A DNA stretch of 64,000 nt, taken from Callorhinchus milii. Lineage: Eukaryota. Where the stretch lies: contig NW_024704742.1 in assembly GCF_018977255.1 (NCBI RefSeq), forward strand, positions 135,348,001-135,412,000. The letters are read 5' to 3'. The notes below the pieces were generated by a model that did no database searches, was not told where the DNA came from, and was given only the letters and a program-made list of their open reading frames with translations. The translations under genes were made by a program, and so were the position numbers. Below are positions 50,477 through 62,560 of the stretch, piece after piece. Position 1 is the first letter of the stretch, and every line of letters starts with the position of its first letter.

Positions 50477-53400
50477 CCGCCACAACAACAACAACAACCA
50501 CCACCACAACAACAACAACCACCGCCACCACAACAACACCACCACCACAACAACAACAACCACCACAACAACAACAACCACCACCACCACCACCACAACA
50601 ACAACAACCACCACAACAACAACCACCACCACAACAACCACAACAACAACAACAACAACAACCACCGCCACCACCACCACAACAACAACCACCACAACAA
50701 CAACCACCACCACAACAACCACCACCACCACCACAACAACAACAACAACAACCACCACCACAACAACCACCACCACCACAACAACAACCACCACCACAAC
50801 AACCACAACAACAACAACAACAACAACCACCACCACAACAACAACCACCACAACCACCACCACAACAACAACAACAACCACCACCGCCACCACCACCACC
50901 ACAACAACCACCACCACCACAACAACAACAACAACCACCACCGCCACCACCACCACAACAACAACCACCACCACAACAACAACAACAACCACCACCACAA
51001 CAACAACCACCACCACAACAACAACCACCACAACCACCACCACAACAACAACAACAACAACAACCACCACCGCCACCACCACCACAACAACAACCACCAC
51101 CACAACCACCACCACAACAACAACAACAACCACCACAACAACAACAACAACAACAACCACCACCGCCACCACCACCACCACAACAACAACCACCACCACA
51201 ACAACAACAACAACCACCACCACAACAACAACAACAACCACCACCACAACAACAACAACAACCACCACCACAACAACAACCACCACCACAACAACAACTA
51301 CCACCACCACAACAACAACCACCACCACAACAACAACCACCACCACAACAACAACAACAACCACCACCGCCACCACAACAACCACCACCACCACAACAAC
51401 AACAACCACCACCACAACAACAACAACCACAACACCACCACCACAACAACAACAACAACAACCACCACCACAACAACAACAACAACCACCACCACCACAA
51501 CAACAACCACCACAACAACCACCACCACAACAACCACCACAACAACCACAACAACAACAACCACCACAACAACAACAACAATCACCACCACAACAACAAC
51601 CACCACAACAACAACCACAACAACAACCACCACCACCACCACAACAACAACAACAACAATAACAACAACAACAACCACCACCACAACACACAACAACAAT
51701 AACAACCTCCACAACAACAACCACAACAACAACACCACCACAACAACCACCACAACAACAACCACCACCACAACAACAACAACCACCACAACAACCACAA
51801 CAACAACAACCACAACAACCACCACAACAACCACAACAACAACAACCACAACCACAACAACAACAACCACCACAACAACCACCACAACAACAACCACCAC
51901 AACAACCACCACAACAACCACCACCACAACAACAACAACAACCACCACAACAACCACCAGAACAACAACCACAACCACAACAACCACACAACAACAACCA
52001 CCACCACAACAACAACCACAACAACCACCACAACAACCACACACAACAACAACAACCACAACAACAACAAACCACCACCACAACAACAACCACCACCACA
52101 ACAACAACAACAATAACAACCACCACAACAACAACCACAACAACAACAACCACCACAACAACCACCACAACAACAACCACCACAACAACAACAACCACCA
52201 CAACAACCACCACCACAACAACAACCACAACAACCACAACAACCACCACAACAACAACAACCACAACAACCACCACAACAACCACCACAACAACAACCAC
52301 CACCACAACAACAACAACCACCACAACAACCACCACCAGAACAACAACCACAACAACCACCACAACAACCACCACCACAACAACAACCACAACAACCACC
52401 ACAACAACCACCACCACAACAACAACCACAACAACCACCACAACAACCACCACAACAACCACCACCACAACAACAACCACAACAACCACCACAACAACCA
52501 CCACCACAACAACAACCACAACAACCACCACAACAACCACCACAACAACAACAACAACCACAACAACAACAACCACCACCACAACAACAACCACCACCAC
52601 AACAACAACCACCACAACGACCACCACAACAACAACAACCACCACCACAACAACCACCACAACAACAACCACCACAACAACAACCACCACCACAACAACA
52701 ACCACCACCACAACAACCACCACAACAACAACCACCACAACAACAACCACCACCACAACAACCACCACAACAACAACCACCACAACAACAACCACAACAA
52801 CAACAACCACCACAACAACCACCACAACAACAACCACAACAACAACAACCACCACAACAACCACCACCACAACAACAACCACAACAACCACCACAACAAC
52901 CACCACAACAACAACCACCACCACAACAACAACAACCACCACAACAACCACCACCACAACAACAACCACAACAACCACCACAACAACAACCACCACCACA
53001 ACAACAACCACAACAACCACCACAACAACCACCACAACAACAACCACCACCACAACAACAACCACCACCACAACAACCACCACAACAACAACCACCACAA
53101 CAACAACCACCACCACAACAACAACAACAATAACAACCACCACAACAACAACCACAACAACAACAACCACCACCACAACAACAACCACCACCACAACAAC
53201 AACAACCACCACAACAACCACCACCACAACAACAACCACAACAACCACCACAACAACCACCACACAACAACCACACCACAACAACAACAACCACCACAAC
53301 AACCACCACCACAACAACAACCACAACAACCACCACAACAACCACCACCACAACAACAACCACAACAACCACCACAACAACCACCACAACAACAACCACC

Positions 53401-54325
53401 ACCACAACAACAACAACCACCACACAACCACCACACAACAACCACAACAACCACCACAACAACCACCACAACAACCACCACCACAACAACAACAACCACC
53501 ACAACAACAACCACCACCACAACAACAACAACCACCACAACAACCACCACCACAACAACAACCACAACAACCACCACAACAACCACCACAACAACAACCA
53601 CCACCACAACAACAACAACCACCACAACAACCACCACCACAACAACAACCACAACAACCACCACAACAACCACCACCACAACAACAACCACAACAACCAC
53701 CACAACAACCACCACAACAACAACCACCACCACAACAACAACAAACACCACAACAACCACCACCACAACAACAACCACAACAACCACCACAACAACAACA
53801 ACAACCACAACAACAACAACCACCACCACAACAACAACCACCACCACAACAACAACCACCACAACAACCACCACAACAACAACAACCACCACCACAACAA
53901 CCACCACAACAACAACCACCACAACAACAACCACCACCACAACAACAACCACCACCACAACAACCACCACAACAACAACCACCACAACAACAACCACCAC
54001 CACAACAACCACCACAACAACAACCACCACCACAACAACCACCACCACCACCACAACAACAACAACCACCACAACAACCACCACAACAACAACCACCACC
54101 ACAACAACAACAACCACCACAACAACAACCACCACCACAACAACAACAACCACCACAACAACCACCACAACAACAACCACAAACAACCACAACAACAACC
54201 ACCACCACAACAACAACCACAAACAACCACAACAACCACCACCACCACCACAACCACCACCACAACAACAACAACCACCACCACCACAACAACCACCACC
54301 ACCACCACCACCACAACAACAACAA
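50477..54325 (+). repeat. 3.85-kb (CAA/CCA)n compound trinucleotide array; expanded tail of the adjacent minus-strand L2
   Basis: Almost only A and C on +; joins directly to aagattccatttata of the L2 3' end. Confidence 0.97.
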
Positions 54326-54551
54326 GATTCCATTTATAAAGCGCCTTTCACGTCAGGAGGACGTCCCAAGGCGCTGCACAGTTGGGTCATGACCCGAGCA
54401 GGGGGGAAATGGTGAGGGGAGGGAAGGGGGAGCGAGGAGGGGGGAAATGTCAGGGTGAGGGAGGAAGGGAGGGAGCGAGGAGGGGGAAGAGAGTCGAGAG
54501 GGAGCTGAAGGCTCGGTCAAAGAGAAAGGTTTTGAGACCGGCCTTGAAGGA
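54326..54551 (-). mobile_element. L2 3' end (young family)
   Basis: Reverse complement of about 7430-7710, including gggtcatgaccc and the terminal stem-loop. Confidence 0.93.
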
Positions 54552-55065
54552 CAAACAGACAGAGTAACAATGTTTCCCCTCTCAAGACAGAGAGTAACAA
54601 TGTTTCTCCTCTCAGACCGTGTGATCTTGTGGAAGTGTTTGATACACTCTCCCTCTTAAAGAGAAACTTTTTTGATACTCGTTTTGTTTGATACCTTGAG
54701 ACAGAGACACCGAGAGAGAGAACCCACACTCACTGCCCGGCTCTTGTTTTATACCTTGAGATATATATATATATGTGTGTTTATATATATAGAGAGAGAG
54801 AGACAGAAAGAAATCAAAACTGAAATAGAATTGTGGAGTTAAGAGCATTTTATCTACTGATACCACACACACACACACATGTTTGGGGAATTTCTATATA
54901 TATTTTCCTTTTAAACACACGCACAATACAATACAATGTTTGGACAGTCACAAATAGAATAATTCAAGTTAATTTTATTCCCTTTCCCTCACCCCCCCCC
55001 CCCCCTTTCCTCTCCTCCTTCCCACCTGCTTTCTCTTGTGGTTTCTCTTCCTCCCAAGAAAATAC

Positions 55066-55205
55066 CTGAGATTTCTACCACGTCGCAAGTAAAGTTTTTT
55101 TTTGGGGGGTGGGGGGAAGAAGGGGTGGAAAATCTTGAGTTTCTTGTCGAATGGATCTTGTGTGTGTGAGCGAGAGTGAGAGCATTGAGTGTGTCGTGTC
55201 AGAGT
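55066..55205 (-). other. Candidate non-coding first exon (minus strand)
   Basis: Starts at Inr TCACTCT (A at 55205) and ends in CAG|GTATTT (GT at 55065-55064). Confidence 0.4.
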
Positions 55206-55295
55206 GACCGAAACCTGTGAAGTTTTTTTTTATACATTTGGCATTTAAAAGTTGCATTGGTGGTGAGAAAGAGAGACCTGAATTATCCAATGGAG
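55201..55295 (-). promoter_or_regulatory. Candidate TATA/Inr core promoter with two CCAAT boxes
   Basis: On minus: TATAAAA starts at 55234, 29 nt upstream of the Inr A; CCAAT at 55260-55256 (minus) and 55287-55291 (plus). Confidence 0.5.
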
Positions 55296-56168
55296 AGAAT
55301 TATCATTAAGGCCTAATTCCTTTCCCTCTGTGTGTGTGTGTGTGTTTTTTTTGGGGGGGGGAGAGAGGGGAGAAAGAGAGGAGGAGGGGGGGGGGATAGA
55401 AGTTGTGTTCTGTATTCACATTGCAATGCTGATGCATCTTTTTTGTTTGCTGCTCAATAGATATGTGTATCACCTCTTTTGACAATATATATATATATAT
55501 ATGAGAGACTTGTGTGTGTGTGTGTGTGTTGGTGTGGAGAGATATGAAGCCTTGGTGTATTGAGGGGGTGGGGGGGGGGGGGAAATCCATACAGGATTCA
55601 TTCATTTTAAGTACCTCCTGTTGCATAATGAATCCACCAGCTTCAGTGATTTGGTCTATTCGATTTGTGCAGTGTTTTTTTCTCTCTCTCTCTCTCTCTC
55701 TGTCTGCAACTCGTGTGATTTGTTTTAATCGAGAGAGAGAGAGAGAGAGGAGGGAGGGAGGGAGAGAGGAAGAGAGAGAGTGTGAGTGAGTGTGAGTGTG
55801 TGAGTGAGTGGCAGAGAAAGAGAGAGAGACACAGAAACATTATTCCCCCCCCCCTGTCTTGAGAGGGTGAAACATTATCACACCCACAGAGAGAGAGAGA
55901 GAGAGAGAGAGAAAGAAAGAGAGAGGGAGAGAGAGAGAGAGAGAGAGAGCATTATTACTCTGACTTGAGAGGGTGAAACATTATTGCACAGGACAGACTG
56001 AATAGAGAGAGAGAAGGAGAGAGAGAGAGGAGGAGAGAGAGGAGAGAGAGAGGGGTGAGAGAGTGATGCAAAGAGAGAGAATTTTTTTTATATATACAAT
56101 TAAAAAAAAAGGAAACCACACACACATATTAAAGTTGGGAATCGGTTTGTGATTTTCCATGTTTCCAG

Positions 56169-56188
56169 GTTTGTGTAAATTTGTCCAA
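56169..56188 (+). other. TCF4: TCF4 5' UTR part of the first coding exon
   Basis: Acceptor ttttccatgtttccag| at 56168, then 20 nt to the ATG, as I recall for human TCF4. Confidence 0.85.
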
Positions 56189-56260
56189 ATGCATCACCCA
56201 CAGCGAATGGCTGCCTTAGGGACGGACAAAGAGCTCAACGATTTGCTGGATTTCAGTGCG
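56189..56260 (+). CDS. TCF4: Transcription factor 4 (E2-2/ITF2), first coding exon, activation domain 1
   Basis: [24 protein letters not shown] versus human [24 protein letters not shown]; 72 coding nt; donor GTAAGA at 56261. Confidence 0.97.
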
Positions 56261-56724
56261 GTAAGAGAATTCGTTCATGGCAGGTGTTGGGAGAGAGAGA
56301 GAGAGAGAGAGAAGGAGAGAGAGAGGAGAAGAAGAAGGAGGAGGAGGAGGAGGGAGAGGAAAGAGAGAGAGAGAGAAGGGAGACAGAGAGAGAGAAGGAA
56401 GAAGGGAGAAAGAGAGGGAGAGAGAGAAAGAAGAGAGAGAGAGAGGTATTATATAGAGAAAGAGAGAGAGGGGAGAAAGAGAGAGAGAGATAGGGAGAAA
56501 GAGAGAGAGAGAGAGAGAGAGGTATTATATAGAGAAAGAGTTATCTTTAAAGTCTTGTGTTGAGGGAAGTCAGAAACTATCTCTACAGTTAAAAAGACCC
56601 TCCACTCCCACCTCCAAAAATAAACCCCACTCCCCACTCCTCTCTCCTCCTCTCCCTCTCTCCCCCCCCACCCACCACCCACCACCCACCCACCACCACC
56701 TTGTTGGTCTTTCATTAAATTGTT

Positions 56725-56748
56725 CTGTTGTTGTTGTTGTTGTTGTTG
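56725..56748 (+). repeat. CTG(TTG)7 triplet repeat in the TCF4 intron
   Basis: Directly visible. Confidence 0.9.
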
Positions 56749-56785
56749 GTGCTTGTTTTTGTTGTTTGTGTTACTGTCTCGAAAA

Positions 56786-57215
56786 CTGAGAGAGAGAGAG
56801 ACTGTGGAAGAGAGAGAGAGAGTGGATAGACAGAGAGAGAAGACAGAGAGATAGAGAGAGAAAAGACACAGAGAGAGAGAGAAAAGACAGAGAGAGAAGA
56901 CAGAGAGAGAGAGAGAGAGAGAAAAGACACACAGAGAGAGAGAGAGAAGACAGGGAGAGAGAGAGAGAGAAAAGACAGAGAGAGAGAGAGAGAGAGAGAA
57001 AAGAGACAGAGAGAAAGAAAAGACAGAGAGAGAGAGAGATACAAGAGAGAAAGAGAGAAAAGACAGAGAGAGAAAACAGACAGAGAGAGAGAGAGAGAAA
57101 GAGAGTGAGAGAGAGAGGAGAGGGAAAACAGAGAGAAGAGTGAGGGAGAGAGAGAGAGAAAAAAGAGAGGAACAAAAAACGCAGAGAGAGAGAGAGAGAG
57201 AGAGAGAAAGAAGAG
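56786..57215 (+). repeat. (GA)n-rich polypurine tract in the TCF4 intron
   Basis: Directly visible; similar tracts at 55730-56080 and 56290-56540. Confidence 0.9.
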
Positions 57216-58352
57216 AAAAAAAAACTAAAAACAAAATTAAAATGCACTTATGCACTTATCTGTGTAGCAATCAAATTGCAGTCACAATGCGATGTGTTTG
57301 AGAAATTGGTCCTGGGTGAAAAACATTTCTTTTTTTACATAATTACATAATAACACCAAAAAAAATAAATCTACAGTATTAAAGTGAGGACTTTTTGTTA
57401 TACATATAAATTTTTTTTTAAAAAAAAATGGTTTAAAAGGTTTTATCAGAGGAACGTGTCCTTGTTTTTTTGGGGGGAATGGGTTTGGGAAGTTTGGACA
57501 ACAGGAAATCTAACCCTTGGATATGTCAGTTCCCTTTTATTTTATATATAACTATTTTTTCCCACCTCTTTCTTTCTTTCCTCCCTCCCTCCCTCCCTCC
57601 TTCCTTCTCTTTCTCTCTCTCTCTCTCCTCCCCCTCTCTCTCCCTCCCTCCCTCCCTCCTTAACGCTTGTGCTCACAGATAAGTGATCCAAGATAAACGT
57701 TTAATAGCTTAAATCCCCACCCAGACCCCTTTTCCCCCTAAACCCCCACACCCCAACTCTCCCCACCCCCCCCCAAAAAAAAATTCAACTACTCCTTGAG
57801 AGAGAGAGAGAGAGAGAGAGGAAAAGAGGATAAAGGCGCAGGTGTGTTCATGGTAAGATCTGAGAAGTATTGCTAAACTTTTTCTAAACCTTTCTCTCTC
57901 TCTTTCTCTCCCTCCCTCCCTCCTCCCTCCCTCTCTCCTACTTTTTTTCTTACGTGATTTTATTATTTTTTTTGTGGGGGAGAGAGAGAGAAAGAAAGAA
58001 AAAGGCAATATCTCTTATGTGCATCTATTTGTTTTCTGCAAAAACCACAACTGGGTCATTTGTGTGTGTGTGTGTGTGTGTTTTTTCTCTCCCTCTCTCT
58101 CTCTTTCTCTGAAAAGTGGGAAAAGATTTGCCCCTTGCGTTTTGGATTGTGCAAGGAGTGAGTGAGTGTGAGAGAGACAGAGAGAGAGAGATAGAGAGAG
58201 TGAGAGAGATAGTGTGTGAGTGCGTGAGTAGTTGCTTTAGGATGTGAGTGTATCTTAAGACATTCTTTGTGTGTTATTTTTTGAGCAATGCTTCCTTTTA
58301 ATGCATCTCTCTCCCTTTCTCCCCAACACCCACCAATCCCTTCCTCTCTTTT

Positions 58353-58397
<45 letters not shown>

Positions 58398-58471
58398 CTC
58401 TCTCTCTCTCTCCCTCCCTCCCTCTCTTTCTTTTTCTCTCTCTGTCTCTCTCCATCAAACCCAAACTATAG

Positions 58472-58544
58472 ATGTTTTCGCCGCCTGTCAGCAGTGGGAA
58501 GAACGGACCGACCTCACTGGCAAGTGGTCATTTCGGAACCTCAA
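58472..58544 (+). CDS. TCF4: Transcription factor 4, second coding exon (the gene continues beyond the window)
   Basis: [24 protein letters not shown] versus human [24 protein letters not shown]; acceptor tatag|, 73 nt, donor GTATGT at 58545; phase matches the previous exon. Confidence 0.97.
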
Positions 58545-60141
58545 GTATGTATCTCAATAAATCACTTTACTCGAATGATTTACTGCATATAAGGAAGATA
58601 ACAGACAAACTGATCCACTTGTCTGTTGGGGAATTTTTATACATACATGCATCCCATTCCCCCCCCCCCCCACACACACACCCACACATATGCACACATG
58701 CACACACACACATATATATACACCAGATTTCTGCACAAGACTTTGTAACCCATTGACTCACTGACTGACTCCACAACTCCACAACGCATAAAGCGACATC
58801 TCTTCCGCGTTAGTTAACTGTGTTAACACAGTCAGTCAATGCCTTCAAGCCCCAATGTTAACAGAAAATGAGTGCAGACTTAGCTTACCCAGAAAGGGTG
58901 TGCGTAAAGGGGGGGGGGGAGAAATAATTTGCTATTTAATTTTCTACTTGTATATAAATATAGACATGTTAAATGTGGACAAATTTTAAGTCCTTGCAAT
59001 TGCATTCAAGTCTAGAATAAATACTATGTGTGAAAATGTGCTTTAATATATAGCTAGACATGCAATATATCATTCCTTCACCTTTTCTGTTAGTTTCCCA
59101 CAGTAAAGCATGTCTGCGTGTTGTGTGTGTGTGTGTGTGTATATTGTATATAATATTTAGAGAAAGATTGGACGCTGTACTGTGATGCTATTATATCATG
59201 TCTTCAGAGTGTTAAAATAACTTGCTCAGTGCACCTGTAGGCAGACAGATAGATGCAAGCAGGCAGATTGTACAAGGCTTTGGCCTGATTGATTCAAATG
59301 TAATTACAGTACATAAACTCCACGCTTTAAAAGCTTTGATAAGTACCGTTTCTTACCTTTTTGTTTTACAAAAGTGGTTTCGTGGTTACTTGAGAAGAAC
59401 TCCATAGGAGGTGGAATCTTATTCAGATATATTAAACCCTTTGCTGAATCGATTCTCTCGATTTTTTTGAGACACACACACACACACACACAGACAGCTG
59501 CTAGTTGCAAGTAACACTGAGAAGTAAATGTAAATGTCGTTTGGTTTAAATGCGAAGCGTTGAGAATCCCAGAGCAAGGTCTTCAGGTTTTTGCCTGGTG
59601 TATTTGAACACACGAGATGAAAATCTTACAAAGGAATTTTTTTTTGTCCCTTTGACGGATTGTACATTGGAGTGGTGTGTTCGCATGAATTTGTTAAAAG
59701 TTTGGAATCAATTATCTGTCTTATCTTGTCCAATCTATCTATTTATTTTTCTATCTACTGCTGCTTTGATGCCAGATAATTGAGCTGGATACTGAGATAA
59801 TATCAGTGAGGTCTGTATTGTAACCAAAGGCATTTCCCTCTCACCACTATACATGACATGTTGGCTGTCAAAATTACAGGAACAATTGCAGCCCCCAACG
59901 AATTATTCATCCAAATCATTTAAAAAAAGTATATTTTGTAAAAATAATTTTTTTTCGCGGGTGCAGGATATCTTTTGATTACTATTTCTTTATGTTTTTT
60001 TATAAAAAAAAGAGAGGGATCATTTTCGTGCGTGACTAACAGGTAAACTCGAAGCCTGCCTTGAAGGTGGAACATGCAGGCAAGCACTTGAGATAAATTA
60101 GCCAGAGTCCATTTGTGGGAAATTCAGTGACTATTAATATG

Positions 60142-60425
60142 TTACTCCACACGCCTCTGTTTACCTAGCGGTAAATAGGAACCCGGTTGTTGGTCGATTG
60201 GTGGATTGCTTTCCACGGGTAATAATCCCTTCAAAACAAAAGAATAAATAATTTGGTCACTCAATCCACGACTGTTTGGTGGGACACTGCTGTGCGCAAT
60301 TGGCTGCTGCGTTTCACCCACAAAATATACAGTCAATCCACCTTACAACATATTAGTGTGAAGCATTTTTGAGACGCCTCAATGACGTGATAAGGGGCTA
60401 TATCAAATGCAAGGATTATTATTAA
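60142..60425 (+). mobile_element. Headless family B SINE in the TCF4 intron
   Basis: ttactccacacgcctctgtttacctagcggtaaataggaacccgg block plus tail. Confidence 0.88.
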
Positions 60426-62219
60426 TTTTTATTATATTCAGATGGTGACAGGAACTTCAAAGTCTTTTGACCCCTGTCTATCTAACCCCCCGCCCCACCA
60501 CCCCCACCCCCTCGCATCTCTATTTTGTTCACCACGGTTGTATATACACAAATGCAGCATTATATGTGCGGGGGAGGGAGTGGGATGGCAGACTCTAATG
60601 CAGAATTTTATTTAGGCTTTTACATTCGATTTCCTTCAAATCAGCGTCCTATGCATTACAAGTTTTAATTTCTTTCTTCCTCTCTCTCCTTTTCTCACTC
60701 TCTCTCCTTTTTGTTTTCTCTCTCATTTTTGTTTTCTTTTTCAATACATTTTTTTAAAAATAACGTCTAAAATAGCACACGCGCGCGCACACAGAATCCT
60801 ATGTCATGACAGAGGCCTCCTTTGCTTCGGTGATTTAATTACCTGACTGCGGTAATTTGGTTGTGCGTGAGGAAACGTCTTTGCAATTTTATTGTGTCAC
60901 TCTTGTGTGCAAACATTTTGATTTTTTTTTTGTTGGACAAAAAAAAAGTTTGCAGTCAGCCATCTGTTTGTAGAGCGAGAGAAAGCAAACGAGAGAGAGA
61001 GAGAGAGAGAGAGCACCATTTGTTTTTTAAATTTGTGAGACATTTATTCCAAAATCACAAGCCAATTACTTGGCTGTGAGGAACGGAGAGGATATTTGAG
61101 GTGCGCACGGGTATAGGGAATGCTGTGTGTGGTTTTTTTTTAACACATATATAAATTCTTATATATATTTGTTAGTCGTTAATATTTCACGAGTCAGCAA
61201 CGGGTGGGTTGTTGGATAGTCTTTGAGGGCTGTTATCATTGAGTGAGAGCGCGGAATCGCTTGTGTTCAAGTAGAAGAAACCCCGCAGAATGGGAGTGAG
61301 ACGGAGAGTAACTTGGAGTAACGCTAGGCCAATATGCTTCACCTTGATTGTCTGAGCAGGTCATCTGCAGCTCAAGGGCTGCAATTAATAATTCTTAGGT
61401 GCTGCTGATCAGCAGGTCCATCCTGCCACATTTGCCTGTGTTTGGCTTGCAGGCGAAAAACGCTGACGGGAGCAGAGTTTTCTCTCTCGGACAAAATCGA
61501 GGCGGGCAGGTGAAGAGAAAAATTCCTGCGTGTAGTGTGGTCCTGCGCTTCGATTGAATTGCATCCCACCCCCTCCGCGCCCACACCCCCCCACCTCTCA
61601 CCAGCTTCCCCGCGCATGAACGTAATCGGTTTGATCGTGGTTTGTGCCACATTGTCTTTATATTGCCGCTGCAAGAGTCGAAAGCTACCAGCGAATTGTT
61701 TTGAAGGAAGAATTAAAAACAAAAGAATATAATTCACACCTGATGACAGACAGACACCTCTTTGGGGAGGGAGGGAGGAAGGGAGGGAGTGGATGAAGTA
61801 CATCTAAAATATTTCTTTTGTGGGCAGAAGGCTTCCCCCCCCCCCCTCCCCAACCCCTCCCTCTTGTGTGAAATTAAAGTTTCATTAAAATAAATCTGCC
61901 TTCCTCTGCATCGGGTGCAAATGTTTTATTTTGGTCTACATTAAATCATGATATTTCTCCCACGACAAACGCGGTCAAATCCGTTTTACAGTACAGCCTG
62001 TGAAGCACTTTGAGGCGTCTCGATGACGTGATAAGGCGCTATATCAAATGCTAGGATGACCTTCCCTTTCTTTGCAATAATAACAATAATCCTTGTATTT
62101 ACCTATATAATGTACAGTCACAACGCTACAATATTCTGTGAAGCGCTCCCACATGAAAGGCGCTGTATCAAGCGTAAAGATTATTATTATTATAATAATT
62201 GGCATCTCTCCCCAGACAT

Positions 62220-62560
62220 AGAGTCCTGGAGGTTAGAGCACTCGCCTCGCAAGCAAGAGTTCGATTCCCAGGCAGAACAAAACCTTAGGCAACTTTCCTT
62301 ACTCCCCACACACACAAACACACACACACACACACGCCTCTGTTTAACCAGCAGTTTGTCAGACCCCGATTGGCGGATCGCTTTCCGGGGGGTAATAATT
62401 CCTTCGAAAAAAGAGAAATAATAATAATTTGCTCACTCAATCCACGAGTGCTTGTGCGGGACGCTGCTGTGCGCAAAATTAGGTGCCGTGTTTCGCCCAC
62501 AAAATCCACAGTCAGTGAAGTGATAAGGTGCTGTATCAGACGCAAGGATTATTATTAGTA
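62220..62560 (+). mobile_element. Family B SINE in the TCF4 intron
   Basis: gagtcctggaggttagagcactcgcctcgcaagc head, gttcgattccc B box, tail. Confidence 0.8.

Noticed and set aside
49980..54333. Very long ORFs (poly-T, P/Q, H/N, V, W/L, C/G; up to 1283 aa)
   Set aside because: By-products of a nearly stop-free triplet array open in all six frames; no domain or exon structure, and the array is an L2 tail.
56159..56563. 134-aa ORF as a single-exon gene
   Set aside because: It starts in the intron before the acceptor and reads through the donor into GA repeats; only 56189-56260 is coding.
56449..57255. S/L-rich and R/E-rich ORFs here and at 22700-23140, 29226-29709 and 47094-47710
   Set aside because: Translations of (CT)/(GA) low-complexity tracts.
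56189..58544. TCF3 or TCF12 as the gene identity
   Set aside because: [15 protein letters not shown] and [21 protein letters not shown] are TCF4-type; as I recall, TCF12 has MNPQQQRMAAIG and TCF3 has MNQPQRMAPVG.
58472..58756. 94-aa ORF
   Set aside because: TCF4 similarity ends at the donor at 58545.
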